From the sequence record OR228459.1: a stretch of DNA of 64,000 nucleotides. The stretch is one strand, 5' to 3'. Shown in pieces: positions 35,320-45,649 of this stretch. Below the pieces are notes generated by a model. That model did no database searches. It was given only the letters and a program-made list of their open reading frames with translations, and was not told the origin of the DNA. A program made the position numbers and the translations under genes. The first letter of the stretch is position 1. The number at the start of each line of letters is the position of its first letter.

Positions 35320-36195
35320 ATGAATAACATTTTCGACTACAAGACTTACACAGTACAAGAGTACAATGACATGCTATCTGAACTTTATCATGGTAAACGT
35401 GATACTGTTCCTTTTAATTGTGAAATTAAAGAGATTACCCGTAAACCGGGAGTAGTACTAGTAATCTTGTCAGATAATTCGTGGTTATCACTTGGTTCAT
35501 CAGGATGGACTGCTAAAACTTATGATCCAGATATTCAAGATGTAATTTATGAAAATCAGTTCTACAGCAAAGATAGAACTAGTGAAAGTATTGGTTTGAA
35601 ACATGTATCATATGTACATCGTCCCGCTAAAGGTATTACCTACAAGACGTATCACATGCGTGGCGTAGAGATTTCTCGCCATGATAATGATCGCGTGTAT
35701 GTAGGTCAACATCGGTACTATGCGTACCGTTTTAACAAATACAAAAAATATTCAGAACATCATCTAACTACTCATGAAGGATTGACTTTATATGAGAAAG
35801 TGAATAACAATGGGAGAGTACTACAAACGTCTATTCGGGTAGAAGGTAACAACAAGACTACGTATTCTATGCATATTAAATGCATTTCTAAAAAAGAAAT
35901 TGAAATAAGTATGCACCGGAACTTTGAACGTGAACAGCGTATGCACAGATTTAAGTACCGTGATGCTAGTATTGATTTCGTTTATAATAAGTATGTTACA
36001 TTTGATTTTGATATGTTAGCGAATCCAGAAGAATATGAAGTATTTGATGGAGTTCGTACTTTCTTCAAAAGTAATATCTTATGTACCTATAATAGACTCA
36101 AGGATGATGGAAAGAATGTAACACTATTCAGCAAATTCGTTAAGGCGATTGAGGTAATGGAAGATGATCAATCTCAAATTCAAAAACGGCCCTAA
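35320..36195 (+). CDS. Hypothetical protein
   Basis: Long ORF. Confidence 0.8.
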   Translation: MNNIFDYKTYTVQEYNDMLSELYHGKRDTVPFNCEIKEITRKPGVVLVILSDNSWLSLGSSGWTAKTYDPDIQDVIYENQFYSKDRTSESIGLKHVSYVHRPAKGITYKTYHMRGVEISRHDNDRVYVGQHRYYAYRFNKYKKYSEHHLTTHEGLTLYEKVNNNGRVLQTSIRVEGNNKTTYSMHIKCISKKEIEISMHRNFEREQRMHRFKYRDASIDFVYNKYVTFDFDMLANPEEYEVFDGVRTFFKSNILCTYNRLKDDGKNVTLFSKFVKAIEVMEDDQSQIQKRP

Positions 36196-36490
36196 AATCC
36201 CCAACTTGGGGCGACGCATGAAACCTAAAAATGCAGAAATTATTATACACCCTGACGGTACTGAATTGTACTTACTCAATACACCGACTGAAAAAAGTGC
36301 GATTGATACTTTAATCATTTCATCTAGGTTCAATAAGAGTAAGGCAGATGTACCGTACTTAACTTATCTTTATTCAGAACACATATTAGACTTCGATGAT
36401 CCATGTGAAAAGACATTCTTTATGCTAATGGATGACTTTAATAACTGGTGGAAACACATTGAAGAAAAACTTGGGACAGACGACAACTAA
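36164..36490 (+). CDS. Hypothetical protein
   Basis: Coupled ORF. Confidence 0.7.
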   Translation: MINLKFKNGPKIPNLGRRMKPKNAEIIIHPDGTELYLLNTPTEKSAIDTLIISSRFNKSKADVPYLTYLYSEHILDFDDPCEKTFFMLMDDFNNWWKHIEEKLGTDDN

Positions 36491-36535
36491 TGTGATATAA
36501 TAAATCATCATAAAATTTCGTAAGGAGACGACATT

Positions 36536-36919
36536 ATGAAGACTAATCATTCAGAAAACTTAAAGACAATTGGTGGTGTAGTTCTAATTAACCATGAAGG
36601 TAGTGAAAAACTATGTTGTCTTGAAGATATGCAGCACACCAAATTCTTTACCATTGGTCAACTATTCAATGCGATTCGTGTTTATCACGGAAAAGACGTA
36701 TCTGATTATGGTGACTTGTGGCCTTCCTACCGCAATCGCAAAACTGGAGAAGTTTCTAGCGATTGGGAAACTCTAAAAGCGGTATTAGAAAATTGCGAAT
36801 CAGATTACGACTTCATGGTTGAAGCGTGTGCTCAACTAAATGAAGAAGTTCCTGAAGTACTAGAACGCAAGACAGTACTAGAAAGACTAGAACTCTTCCG
36901 TAATGGTCAACTAAACTAA
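36536..36919 (+). CDS. Hypothetical protein
   Basis: TAAGGAG RBS. Confidence 0.8.
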   Translation: MKTNHSENLKTIGGVVLINHEGSEKLCCLEDMQHTKFFTIGQLFNAIRVYHGKDVSDYGDLWPSYRNRKTGEVSSDWETLKAVLENCESDYDFMVEACAQLNEEVPEVLERKTVLERLELFRNGQLN

Positions 36920-36954
36920 TACACAATAACATATAACATAAAGGGAATTATAAA

Positions 36955-37257
36955 ATGGAAAACGGAATTAAATTTGATATGTTTGCAAGCCTAGAAGAAC
37001 GAGACTTCAACGCAATTGAAAATGAAGAAGTCGAAGTAGTTAGTGTTACTGCTAAATCTGATACCAAGAAAAAGTACAGTACCGTTACTTCTAGAACTAA
37101 AGAAGAATACGAAACTTTCATTGAAAGTATTCACTACGAAACACTAACTCATCCAACTACTGGTGAGGAATATCAGGTTAAAGTTACAGTACTAAAACCT
37201 GAAGTAAACCCATTAGAAAATATGCGTCCAGTGTTTGCGTACTCAACTAATCACTAA
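36955..37257 (+). CDS. Acidic hypothetical protein
   Basis: RBS; terminator after. Confidence 0.8.
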   Translation: MENGIKFDMFASLEERDFNAIENEEVEVVSVTAKSDTKKKYSTVTSRTKEEYETFIESIHYETLTHPTTGEEYQVKVTVLKPEVNPLENMRPVFAYSTNH

Positions 37258-37301
37258 TACAAAGGCAGGGGATAATTCCCCTGCTCTTTTTTTGGAGAAC
37301 T

Positions 37302-38063
37302 ATGCTAAGTATTAAAGAAATATGTGAATATCAAGAAAGAAGATTCTTGGAAATACATGCAATAGCTGAAAAAATTCATCCAAAACTACTCCGTAGGATC
37401 AACGTACTTGATTTATTCAATCCAGAATTTGATGCTAGTACATATAATGCTAAATTCAAAGAATGCATTGAACCCCTCATTATTGAATACAAATCTAAAG
37501 TCAAGGATATGTTTTCCTCGCACACAAGAGACTTTCTTGAAGGTTGGATGCTTATACATCCTGATAATCATATCGGTACGGATTTGAGTACTGGTCTTCA
37601 TATAACACAAGTTCCAAAATTTCCATTTGATGATTGTGATATAATGTATGATTTAGAAATCGAACCTTATATTATTACAATAGAAGAAAAGTTGAACGAA
37701 TACAATATAAAACCTTTTTGGGAAATGGAATATAACACAGTATACGAAGGTCACCGGGCGTGGATGTCTCGTTCTAATAACGCTGAAGACTATATTAGAA
37801 AGAATCGTAATATGTTCAATGGTGTCAAGAATACATATGAACAACTAATTGAAATTGCCACTGATATCAATGCATTACCTAGTGTTAACCTACCACCAGT
37901 ATCAAGAGAAATTTCAAACATGGTACATGATAGTCAATTGAAAAATATTGTCAAACATCATAAAGTATTAAATCAATTCTTTGATGAGTTTGGACAAGAT
38001 GCGGTGGGTGAATATTATACTTCCAAAGATTCCAAAGGTAATATAAAATTCAATAAGATATAG
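37302..38063 (+). CDS. Hypothetical protein
   Basis: GGAG RBS. Confidence 0.8.
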   Translation: MLSIKEICEYQERRFLEIHAIAEKIHPKLLRRINVLDLFNPEFDASTYNAKFKECIEPLIIEYKSKVKDMFSSHTRDFLEGWMLIHPDNHIGTDLSTGLHITQVPKFPFDDCDIMYDLEIEPYIITIEEKLNEYNIKPFWEMEYNTVYEGHRAWMSRSNNAEDYIRKNRNMFNGVKNTYEQLIEIATDINALPSVNLPPVSREISNMVHDSQLKNIVKHHKVLNQFFDEFGQDAVGEYYTSKDSKGNIKFNKI

Positions 38064-38070
38064 GAGTGTT

Positions 38071-38934
38071 ATGAAACTACAACTAATATATGATTTCTAT
38101 GACAGGGATGATGGTGAGGATGTATGTTGTGATGGTGAATATTATGGATATGCAACAGATGTTCACACAAATTCGAAACTTCCTCATGAGAACAAAACGT
38201 TTAATGAAGAAGTTCATAGAAAAATGAGCAAGTACTTTAAACATTCTGCTAGGACTGATAATATGACTTTGGTGGAAATCCCAGATGATATAATGTTCCA
38301 GTTCATGATAGATGGGGTATATGATTATGATTATATTGCATATAACATGATTGACGGTCGTATTTGTATCTCCAATACCAAACAAGGTGCATGTCGTTAT
38401 GGTAATGATGAATACGGATATGGTTGTTCAAATAATGCAGATGGAGATGATGAAAAATTCTTTAAATTCAATCTTGATAATTCATCTAAGTTGGATAAAG
38501 AACGTGATAGTAGAAATAGCTATATGATTGTTCCAGATGGGGAGCACTATAAGAATATTCATGAAGTACTAATGCCTTACATTGTGTATCGTTTTGTTCA
38601 ACATTTCAAAATGGGTGTTGATTGTATTTCACAGACTCAAGTTCTTAATAGTGTACGAATTGAATACGAATATGAAACTGAAGAAATTTGTTATGAAGTT
38701 CATAGCAATGGTGAATACATATTCTCAGGTAGTCAATTGTTTGATGATGACGAGACAAACTGCCGTAGGACTTGGGATATGCGTTCTGATACATTTGTAT
38801 TGTGTTTATACTTCTGGGTTGAGGATCATCCAATCTTTTTAGCAGCAAAGGACTTTATTTCGGATAGAGACGTAGAAATTTATAAATTATTTTATAATAA
38901 AATTATGTCGAAAATAACTGAGACAAAGTGCTGA
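38071..38934 (+). CDS. Hypothetical protein
   Basis: AGGAG RBS. Confidence 0.8.
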   Translation: MKLQLIYDFYDRDDGEDVCCDGEYYGYATDVHTNSKLPHENKTFNEEVHRKMSKYFKHSARTDNMTLVEIPDDIMFQFMIDGVYDYDYIAYNMIDGRICISNTKQGACRYGNDEYGYGCSNNADGDDEKFFKFNLDNSSKLDKERDSRNSYMIVPDGEHYKNIHEVLMPYIVYRFVQHFKMGVDCISQTQVLNSVRIEYEYETEEICYEVHSNGEYIFSGSQLFDDDETNCRRTWDMRSDTFVLCLYFWVEDHPIFLAAKDFISDRDVEIYKLFYNKIMSKITETKC

Positions 38935-38950
38935 AAATGTGATATAATAT

Positions 38951-38982
38951 AAGGGTAAAGGCGTGTGTCCTTTACCCTTTTT
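38951..38982 (+). terminator. Intrinsic terminator
   Basis: AAGGGTAAAGG-N7-CCTTTACCCTT plus T tract. Confidence 0.8.
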
Positions 38983-38984
38983 CA

Positions 38985-39600
38985 ATTCTGAATGACCCGA
39001 AAGGGATTAAGAAAAACCTGATTCACTCGAAAATGTAGAGGACAGATGAGTAGTTCATTCAGTACGATAGCAGATGAGACCCGTTAGGAGATGGCATAGT
39101 TAGTACCACCCACGGCAATGCGGCTATTAAAACCAAGACAGTACTACATAAGCTCTTGGCGTGTACACGGCACGATAGACATATAGGATTCGCACCTACC
39201 AAATGTATAAGGGAATTACCTTATTTTGGGGCGATGTTTTAGGGTATACCCTTATTGCGTCCAAAATTTGAGTAATAAGTACAGTAACAGTTCATGTTGT
39301 TATTGTATTAAGCGTACTAAGACTACGACCGTTGCATAGAACCGCGATAGGGAGAAACAGGGCAACCCGCTTCCGCTCAACTATATGAAATTCGTGACAT
39401 GAAAGGATGATGACTACCAGCGTCAAATATATTTTTTTTCTCCCTCCCCTGTGGGGGGATGAAAGTGAATCAAACAAACCTCGTCAATAATTAAAGTACA
39501 ATACTAAATGAGTAAGAATATTCAAGAACGAACGCTAGTGAGTAATTGAATATTCTTACTCTGAATCATTGAACGTTAGTGAAATGATTCGTTGTTTAGT
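38985..39600. other. Large structured intergenic region (candidate ncRNA or replication origin)
   Basis: No convincing ORF; GC-richer; GNRA-capped hairpins; 16-bp inverted repeat 39510-39561. Confidence 0.45.
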
Positions 39601-39623
39601 GAATAGAAAAAGAGAAAAACAGA

Positions 39624-40154
39624 ATGAATGAAGTGACATATAAGCAGAAAGATGGTACATTGATCAAAAATTCAAATGAATTACCGCAGTACTTTACTGG
39701 ATATAAAATCTCAAAAGACTATAATAAACTTAGTTCAATTACTGAATTTGATAAAGGAACTGAGATTGGTAGAATCAGTTTCAGACCAACACAACAGCCT
39801 GTCATTTTTTCTGTGAAATATGGAGGTTATAGTGAAGAACGCTATAACAATGGAAATGTAAATTCTGTATATTATACTGATCATAACGCAAGAATTTATG
39901 GTGAGTACAGGAAATATACAATTAACGGTGAACTAAAAACTGTCAAGTACTTCAGTGATAGTTCTGATGTAACAGAAGATATTAAATCTTTTATTGGTTT
40001 TACTGGTGATAATGATTCATTTAAAACATACAAATTCGCAGAAGATGAGGTTTTTAACTTGTACATGATGTACGGTAGTAAATTTAAATTTCACGATGAA
40101 TACAGAATCGATAGTTCAAAATTTGATGATATCATGAGATTCTGTTTAAAATAG
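39624..40154 (+). CDS. Hypothetical protein with MORN-variant-like repeats
   Basis: RYNNGNVNSV...YGEYRKYTINGELKTVKYF. Confidence 0.65.
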   Translation: MNEVTYKQKDGTLIKNSNELPQYFTGYKISKDYNKLSSITEFDKGTEIGRISFRPTQQPVIFSVKYGGYSEERYNNGNVNSVYYTDHNARIYGEYRKYTINGELKTVKYFSDSSDVTEDIKSFIGFTGDNDSFKTYKFAEDEVFNLYMMYGSKFKFHDEYRIDSSKFDDIMRFCLK

Positions 40155-40161
40155 GATTTAT

Positions 40162-40692
40162 ATGAGTAGCAAAGGAAATGCTAAGAAGAGAGATATGGGA
40201 GTACATTACTCATCCAAATCTCAAACATGGAACACACCTAGGGACTTTTTCAAGCCTCTAAATGATATCTGGAAGTTCACACTAGATGTTGCTTGTTTAC
40301 CAGATAGTGCTTTATGTTCTAAGTACTTCACTCCTGAAGATAATAGTCTTATACAAGATTGGGGTACTGAAATATGCTGGTTAAACCCACCATATAATGA
40401 TTTAAAAACGTGGCTCGCTAAAGCGGTTGATGCCTATAATAAGGGAGCCACGGTAGTAATTTTAGTACCGTCAAGAACAGATACTATTGCTTTTCAGTCT
40501 TACGCAGCTAAAGATTGTTCGTGTATATGTTTTATAAAAGGTAGATTGAAGTTCTTTGACCCCAACAAGAATGAAAACGAAAAACAAGATCCAGCCCCTT
40601 TCCCTTCCTGTCTTATCGTACTTGACGATAATTTAACAGATGAAAAGATTCAACATTTAAAAACTTTAGGATTGGTAATGAAGAATGTCTAA
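40162..40692 (+). CDS. Phage DNA N6-adenine methyltransferase (T1/lambdoid Dam family)
   Basis: WNTP..FF, FTLDVAC, WLNPPY, LVPSRTDT. Confidence 0.9.
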   Translation: MSSKGNAKKRDMGVHYSSKSQTWNTPRDFFKPLNDIWKFTLDVACLPDSALCSKYFTPEDNSLIQDWGTEICWLNPPYNDLKTWLAKAVDAYNKGATVVILVPSRTDTIAFQSYAAKDCSCICFIKGRLKFFDPNKNENEKQDPAPFPSCLIVLDDNLTDEKIQHLKTLGLVMKNV

Positions 40693-41221
40693 AACATGTG
40701 TTTTTATATATGGTAGAATGAATCCAGTACATCTAGGTCATGGTAAAGTATTCCATACTGCATTGGATATGAAGAATAGAAGTACTGATGTAAAATTATT
40801 TCTAAGTTCATCCTTTGATGGTATAAAGAATCCACTACCAAGAGAACTTAAGCAATATTATATTTCTGAATTTTTCCCCGAAATTTCTGAACATATTCAG
40901 GATAGAGATATTGCAAACTTGTTCGACATAATGGAATCACTCGACGGTGAATATGATGAGGTTATATTTGTTGGTGGTTCTGATAGGACTGCTGGGTTTC
41001 AAAAAACTCTTGACAAATATAACGGAGTGCGTTATAATTTCAACTCAATAAAGACAGTACTTGCTGGTGAAGACAGGACTGGATGCATATACAGTAGTAC
41101 ATTAATGCGAAAATCTGTCTTAGAAAATGACTTCCAGACATTTAAATTATGTTTACCGGGAGACAATGAGTACTTAAAATACGATATGTTTTGCGGCGTA
41201 CAAAACTACATGAGGAAATGA
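40685..41221 (+). CDS. Cytidyltransferase-like (HxGH) nucleotidyltransferase
   Basis: GRMNPVHLGH, KNPL, VGGSDR, SSTLMRK. Confidence 0.85.
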   Translation: MSKTCVFIYGRMNPVHLGHGKVFHTALDMKNRSTDVKLFLSSSFDGIKNPLPRELKQYYISEFFPEISEHIQDRDIANLFDIMESLDGEYDEVIFVGGSDRTAGFQKTLDKYNGVRYNFNSIKTVLAGEDRTGCIYSSTLMRKSVLENDFQTFKLCLPGDNEYLKYDMFCGVQNYMRK

Positions 41222-41222
41222 T

Positions 41223-41510
41223 ATGGAATTAGAACTAAGACCAGCACCAGCATTTGCTTGGGCTGAAAATGAAAAAACTGGCTATCGTCATGTTAGTGTG
41301 ATGAATGGTTCAGTGAAAATCTTTGCTTGCATTTCTAATAAAACTATGGGAAAATGGGAATCTAAAGTTGTTCCTATGGGATATACGTACTCAAAGTTTG
41401 AAGTACAGGAATTGGCTGAATTGTTCAGTGACTTGGATGATTTAATGCAATATCTAGAACGTGATGAAGAAACAACTCACGATAATATTTTAGAATTCTT
41501 AGGTTACTAA
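41223..41510 (+). CDS. Hypothetical protein
   Basis: Coupled ORF. Confidence 0.75.
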   Translation: MELELRPAPAFAWAENEKTGYRHVSVMNGSVKIFACISNKTMGKWESKVVPMGYTYSKFEVQELAELFSDLDDLMQYLERDEETTHDNILEFLGY

Positions 41511-41511
41511 A

Positions 41512-41754
41512 ATGATTCAAATTAACGGGATAGAACTTCCAGAACAATGCACAGTACTTGAAGGATTAACATACATTCATGTGTATTTTAAGAACCTAAG
41601 CATCAGTACTAAAAAGTTACTTGAGTCCCTTCAGGACGAAGAAGTTTCTTTTACATTCAGTGAAGATGACTTGATTCACGAGTATCCTTGTGCTACAATC
41701 ATCTACTTAGGTAACAACACTTTATATGTATGCAGCAGTATGACTAAGGAGTAA
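41512..41754 (+). CDS. Hypothetical protein
   Basis: Coupled ORF. Confidence 0.7.
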   Translation: MIQINGIELPEQCTVLEGLTYIHVYFKNLSISTKKLLESLQDEEVSFTFSEDDLIHEYPCATIIYLGNNTLYVCSSMTKE

Positions 41755-41756
41755 CA

Positions 41757-42368
41757 GTGTTTTCAACTAATACATTTATGCGTTATCATCGTATGGGTTT
41801 CTCACCTCGTCCTGTACGTGGTAAAGGCCCAGACCAAGATTTAGCAGTATCATATTACTTTGATAATGTACAATATGTTTTCAATGACTACGGTGAATAT
41901 GAAGAAACCGGAAATATTGAAGACATGAACATGGCAGTACTTAATCTTGAGTACATCATGAATAGTGATCGCCATGACAAGATTAAAAAGATTGTAGAAT
42001 TCATCCAACGTCAAATGCGTGTACCTATTTGGGCTGAGGTTGCAGTTGATACCCAACTCGGTATTTCATTCGGATGTTCAGAAGGTATGATTGCACAACT
42101 CATCATGGATTTCCCAACTAAAGAGAAATTCGAAGAGTACAAAGGTAAACTTCTAGAACAACTAAAAAATCTAGGTGCTGACATTGATAATCTACCACCA
42201 ATCGAAGACGTTGAAGAATTCATTCTTATCCCTTGTGAAGATAAGTACGATGTACTCTTTAAAGACATGAAAATTGACGGCGTTGTTGTTGAGATTATTG
42301 ATGATGATGACTTGTTCATTGAAATCGATATGGATGATGGCGGGGATGACGACGACGAGGATGATTAA
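41757..42368 (+). CDS. Hypothetical protein with very acidic C-terminal tail
   Basis: GTG start after TAAGGAG; ends DDGGDDDDEDD. Confidence 0.8.
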   Translation: MFSTNTFMRYHRMGFSPRPVRGKGPDQDLAVSYYFDNVQYVFNDYGEYEETGNIEDMNMAVLNLEYIMNSDRHDKIKKIVEFIQRQMRVPIWAEVAVDTQLGISFGCSEGMIAQLIMDFPTKEKFEEYKGKLLEQLKNLGADIDNLPPIEDVEEFILIPCEDKYDVLFKDMKIDGVVVEIIDDDDLFIEIDMDDGGDDDDEDD

Positions 42369-42979
42369 TGCCTAAAACTGATTATAACAAACTACGTACT
42401 AAAGTACTCGGTATCATCGAAGGGTTGGCATTGTCCGACCCAAACTATAACGATTTACGCCGCCTACTCGTGTTCTGTGAAACTATCCACCAGAACACAC
42501 GTAAAGATGGTTCACGTGAGTTCAGCCACCAGCTAGAAATGATTGCATTTGCTCTCACGTATCACAACCAACTAACAAAACCACTAGACGTTTATAAAGC
42601 AATTCTAGTACACGATGTTATTGAAGACTATCCTGAGCACCGCAAGGAACTATTGGAAAACTATCCTTCAGTACTAATGTACAGTGACCGTCTAGCTAAG
42701 TATAAAGATAACGAATGCTGTTACCGCACGTACTTCAATAATTTGAGTTCATGTGATGTTTGTAGTATTGTCAAACTAATTGACCGTGTTCACAATCTAA
42801 GTACTGCACCGGGTGTGTTTAGTAAAGAAAAACTTCAAGAATATTGTTCAGAAACGGAAGATTATTACTTTGACATGATTCGTCTATGCAAAGAGAACTT
42901 CCCGAATCGTTCAGTATACGAGAACTTGAAATTCATTCTTACTACGCAAGTTAATACTATTCAGGCTTTGAATGTATGA
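42368..42979 (+). CDS. SpoT/Mesh1-type HD-domain phosphohydrolase
   Basis: HQNTRKDG..FSHQLE, LVHDVIED, VKLIDRVHNL. Confidence 0.85.
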   Translation: MPKTDYNKLRTKVLGIIEGLALSDPNYNDLRRLLVFCETIHQNTRKDGSREFSHQLEMIAFALTYHNQLTKPLDVYKAILVHDVIEDYPEHRKELLENYPSVLMYSDRLAKYKDNECCYRTYFNNLSSCDVCSIVKLIDRVHNLSTAPGVFSKEKLQEYCSETEDYYFDMIRLCKENFPNRSVYENLKFILTTQVNTIQALNV

Positions 42980-43182
42980 TTTTCTGGTATAAACTCGTAC
43001 AGATGGTCATATTTTTTATTCTCATATTCATTGGGGCTGGACTATCGCTAGTCCCTGTGAGTACTTTATATGTTCTATTGACAATCTGCTATATTCTTGT
43101 TATAGTAGGTGCTGCATATATTTGTACTTTGATAGATGAACAAATACAGAGGATACGTGATGAACGAAAAAATAGAGACTGA
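42976..43182 (+). CDS. Membrane protein
   Basis: Two hydrophobic segments. Confidence 0.7.
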   Translation: MIFWYKLVQMVIFFILIFIGAGLSLVPVSTLYVLLTICYILVIVGAAYICTLIDEQIQRIRDERKNRD

Positions 43183-43330
43183 ACATTGTCCGTACTGTCA
43201 GGTTGAAGTCCAAATTTGGACTGAATGTAGCTACGGAGTAGGTCAAGCTGGTGGTATTGTCATTGCAAAGACGTATTGTTCTGTATGTGAAGAAAAAATA
43301 CGTGAAAGAGTTATTGACAAAGATATCTAA
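43160..43330 (+). CDS. Small zinc-finger-like protein
   Basis: CPYC...CSVC. Confidence 0.65.
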   Translation: MNEKIETEHCPYCQVEVQIWTECSYGVGQAGGIVIAKTYCSVCEEKIRERVIDKDI

Positions 43331-43376
43331 GTCCACTATAATGTGGACTTTCTTTTTAATCAAATAAAGGTGTTCT

Positions 43377-44003
43377 ATGACGAGAGAAGAAGCAGCACTG
43401 ATAAACTTTATGAATATGATCAACTCCATTGCGTTTATGGCTGAAGCATACAAGAATGATGATGATTTGAGTTCTTTAGATTTCAAGTTGAGGCGTTACC
43501 CTCTTAATTTAATGAATACAAGTGGTGGTTATTCTTTAAAGACAACTCATTTTCTAGATGATGAAGATGATAAACCATCACACGAAAACTTCTATGTTTA
43601 TAGTGATATGCCTCGCATCGGATCATACATGTATCCGAAAACAGAACATCTAGCTAGTATTAATACTTATAATATAACACTACAAAATGGTAAACCAGAA
43701 AATATCATTAGTATTGGATTTTGGGAACCTAATAATTGGATTATTCGCATAGAACATTGTAGTACTGAATTCATTATCAAAAATGAACGTGGTCAAAGTG
43801 AAATAATTGATATTACTGATGAAGCACAACTATTTCAGTACTCTCTAATGAATCCAACCTATCCAGATTTTCTAACGAAGATTGCATATGAGGGAATTGG
43901 ACTCATACTGCTTAGTGAGAAATATAATAAAATAATTATGAAAAGTTCTGGGTGTATTGTAGATTTGGGAATTAAAGATTTTACAAACGAGTTTAAGGAG
44001 TAG
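43377..44003 (+). CDS. FQxS-motif paralog family protein
   Basis: DEAQLFQYSLMN. Confidence 0.75.
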   Translation: MTREEAALINFMNMINSIAFMAEAYKNDDDLSSLDFKLRRYPLNLMNTSGGYSLKTTHFLDDEDDKPSHENFYVYSDMPRIGSYMYPKTEHLASINTYNITLQNGKPENIISIGFWEPNNWIIRIEHCSTEFIIKNERGQSEIIDITDEAQLFQYSLMNPTYPDFLTKIAYEGIGLILLSEKYNKIIMKSSGCIVDLGIKDFTNEFKE

Positions 44004-44035
44004 TAAAGCAGATTTATTCGCAAGGAGTGTGAGCG

Positions 44036-44767
44036 ATGTTAGATCGAATTAAATTTGCACAAGAGTTAGCCAACGAATTGAACATGGCTAGTTTTCAATC
44101 ATTAAACCCAATCATGGCAGAGTATGCAACTGCGGCAGCTTCGTCTGGGGTTCAATGTGGACAAGCTAACCTATTGGCTGATGTGTTTAGTGAAGTACAG
44201 GGTATGCAATATTCTGTTAAATCATATAAAGACAAGTTCGTTGGTATGTATATGAATGGGGAAGTTGAAGAAGAACGCAGATATACTGATTTTATAATTG
44301 AAAGACGTGTGTCTGGTGTATCTAATCCAAATGCTGAACCTGATCTTGTTTTACAAGAAGTACTACAAGATATTATGGAAAATGAACAGAAAAGTAAAGA
44401 GAAGTACAACGTTAGTAGTACTGAAACTGTTCTTCTAGGTTATTCGGAAGATGAAAACTATTTTTACTTCAGATTAACAGAAGTTCCATACGTATACGAT
44501 TTCCCTGCAACTGTTTGCGAGAAGACTTTTACTGAACGTAGTAAGAACTTCCACAAACACGAAGGGAACAGAAGAAGTATTGATGGGTACAATGAGGATG
44601 GTGTACAAATTTACGAATGGGTGCATCCAAACAATTCCACATATACTCGTTGCTTGAAGAAGCGTTACGATTTACAAGAAGCTGATTCATTTTACTTCAA
44701 AATAGAAAAACAAAAATATCAAAGACCCGATGATAGTACTTTACTAGGTATGGTATCATTGATGTAA
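44036..44767 (+). CDS. Hypothetical protein
   Basis: AAGGAG RBS. Confidence 0.8.
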   Translation: MLDRIKFAQELANELNMASFQSLNPIMAEYATAAASSGVQCGQANLLADVFSEVQGMQYSVKSYKDKFVGMYMNGEVEEERRYTDFIIERRVSGVSNPNAEPDLVLQEVLQDIMENEQKSKEKYNVSSTETVLLGYSEDENYFYFRLTEVPYVYDFPATVCEKTFTERSKNFHKHEGNRRSIDGYNEDGVQIYEWVHPNNSTYTRCLKKRYDLQEADSFYFKIEKQKYQRPDDSTLLGMVSLM

Positions 44768-44818
44768 TTATATGTACACGGTAAATGCCGTGTACTCTTT
44801 TTAATATAAGGGTATCCT

Positions 44819-45118
44819 ATGAGCTATAATATCCGAATGGTTCCTAATGAAGTATGGTTCCAAATTCAAGCAAAGTATGTAGAACATAACACAACAGTGT
44901 ATAAAAAGCCTGATGGCAAACAATATACTTTACTTGACCATGTTACTGTTGGTGAAAGTACAATACAATGCACTCAAGAAACTAAGTTTTTGTATAGTGG
45001 AATGCACAAATATGAAAGTATATCTGGTGATACTGTATTTTGGATAAAGGCAACCTTAGATGATATCCATGATATTGTTGAAGAAATAGATTCTATGGGA
45101 AGTGATTGGAATAAGTGA
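44819..45118 (+). CDS. Hypothetical protein
   Basis: ORF with RBS. Confidence 0.75.
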   Translation: MSYNIRMVPNEVWFQIQAKYVEHNTTVYKKPDGKQYTLLDHVTVGESTIQCTQETKFLYSGMHKYESISGDTVFWIKATLDDIHDIVEEIDSMGSDWNK

Positions 45119-45124
45119 GTTGAT

Positions 45125-45649
45125 ATGCATTATCTTGATAACATTAGAACCTTGATTAACTTTTATAAAGTACTGAGGGGTATACAACAACATGAACCAT
45201 TTAATGTAAAACATTATGGTATTGAATGGAAATGGGATGGATCGTATGAATTAGAAATAAACAATTCAGGATTTATGTCTACAATTCATCTTCTTGAACC
45301 ATATAAAAGTAGTACATCAAACACGATATCAGTACTGACTCGTCGTTTGTATATTTGTAAGAATAGTAAAAACTTCATGACTGCTATGGGTGGTAATCCT
45401 TCAGTACCGACGCATGAACTCACTACCGAAGAAATGCATTTTCAACATAGTTTAATGTGTGAGTTGCCTGAACTGGAAGAGATTCAACAAGTTTATCAAG
45501 GTGCACTAGAATTAGTTGAGAATGGTATATTCTACCGAGGCTCGTATAATGGGAAGAAATTAAATCCAATTCCTGTTATTAAAAAGATGTTACTTGAAAT
45601 TGATAATAAGAAAATTGAATCTCACTGGAGACAATATTATGAATTTTGA
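45125..45649 (+). CDS. FQxS-motif paralog family protein
   Basis: TEEMHFQHSLMC. Confidence 0.75.
   Translation: MHYLDNIRTLINFYKVLRGIQQHEPFNVKHYGIEWKWDGSYELEINNSGFMSTIHLLEPYKSSTSNTISVLTRRLYICKNSKNFMTAMGGNPSVPTHELTTEEMHFQHSLMCELPELEEIQQVYQGALELVENGIFYRGSYNGKKLNPIPVIKKMLLEIDNKKIESHWRQYYEF

Noticed and set aside
38985-39600. tmRNA, RNase P RNA, tRNA or group I/II intron
   Set aside because: No tRNA-like ends or T-loop, no GAGGAAAGUCC, and no P7 or domain V signature; flanking genes are not split.
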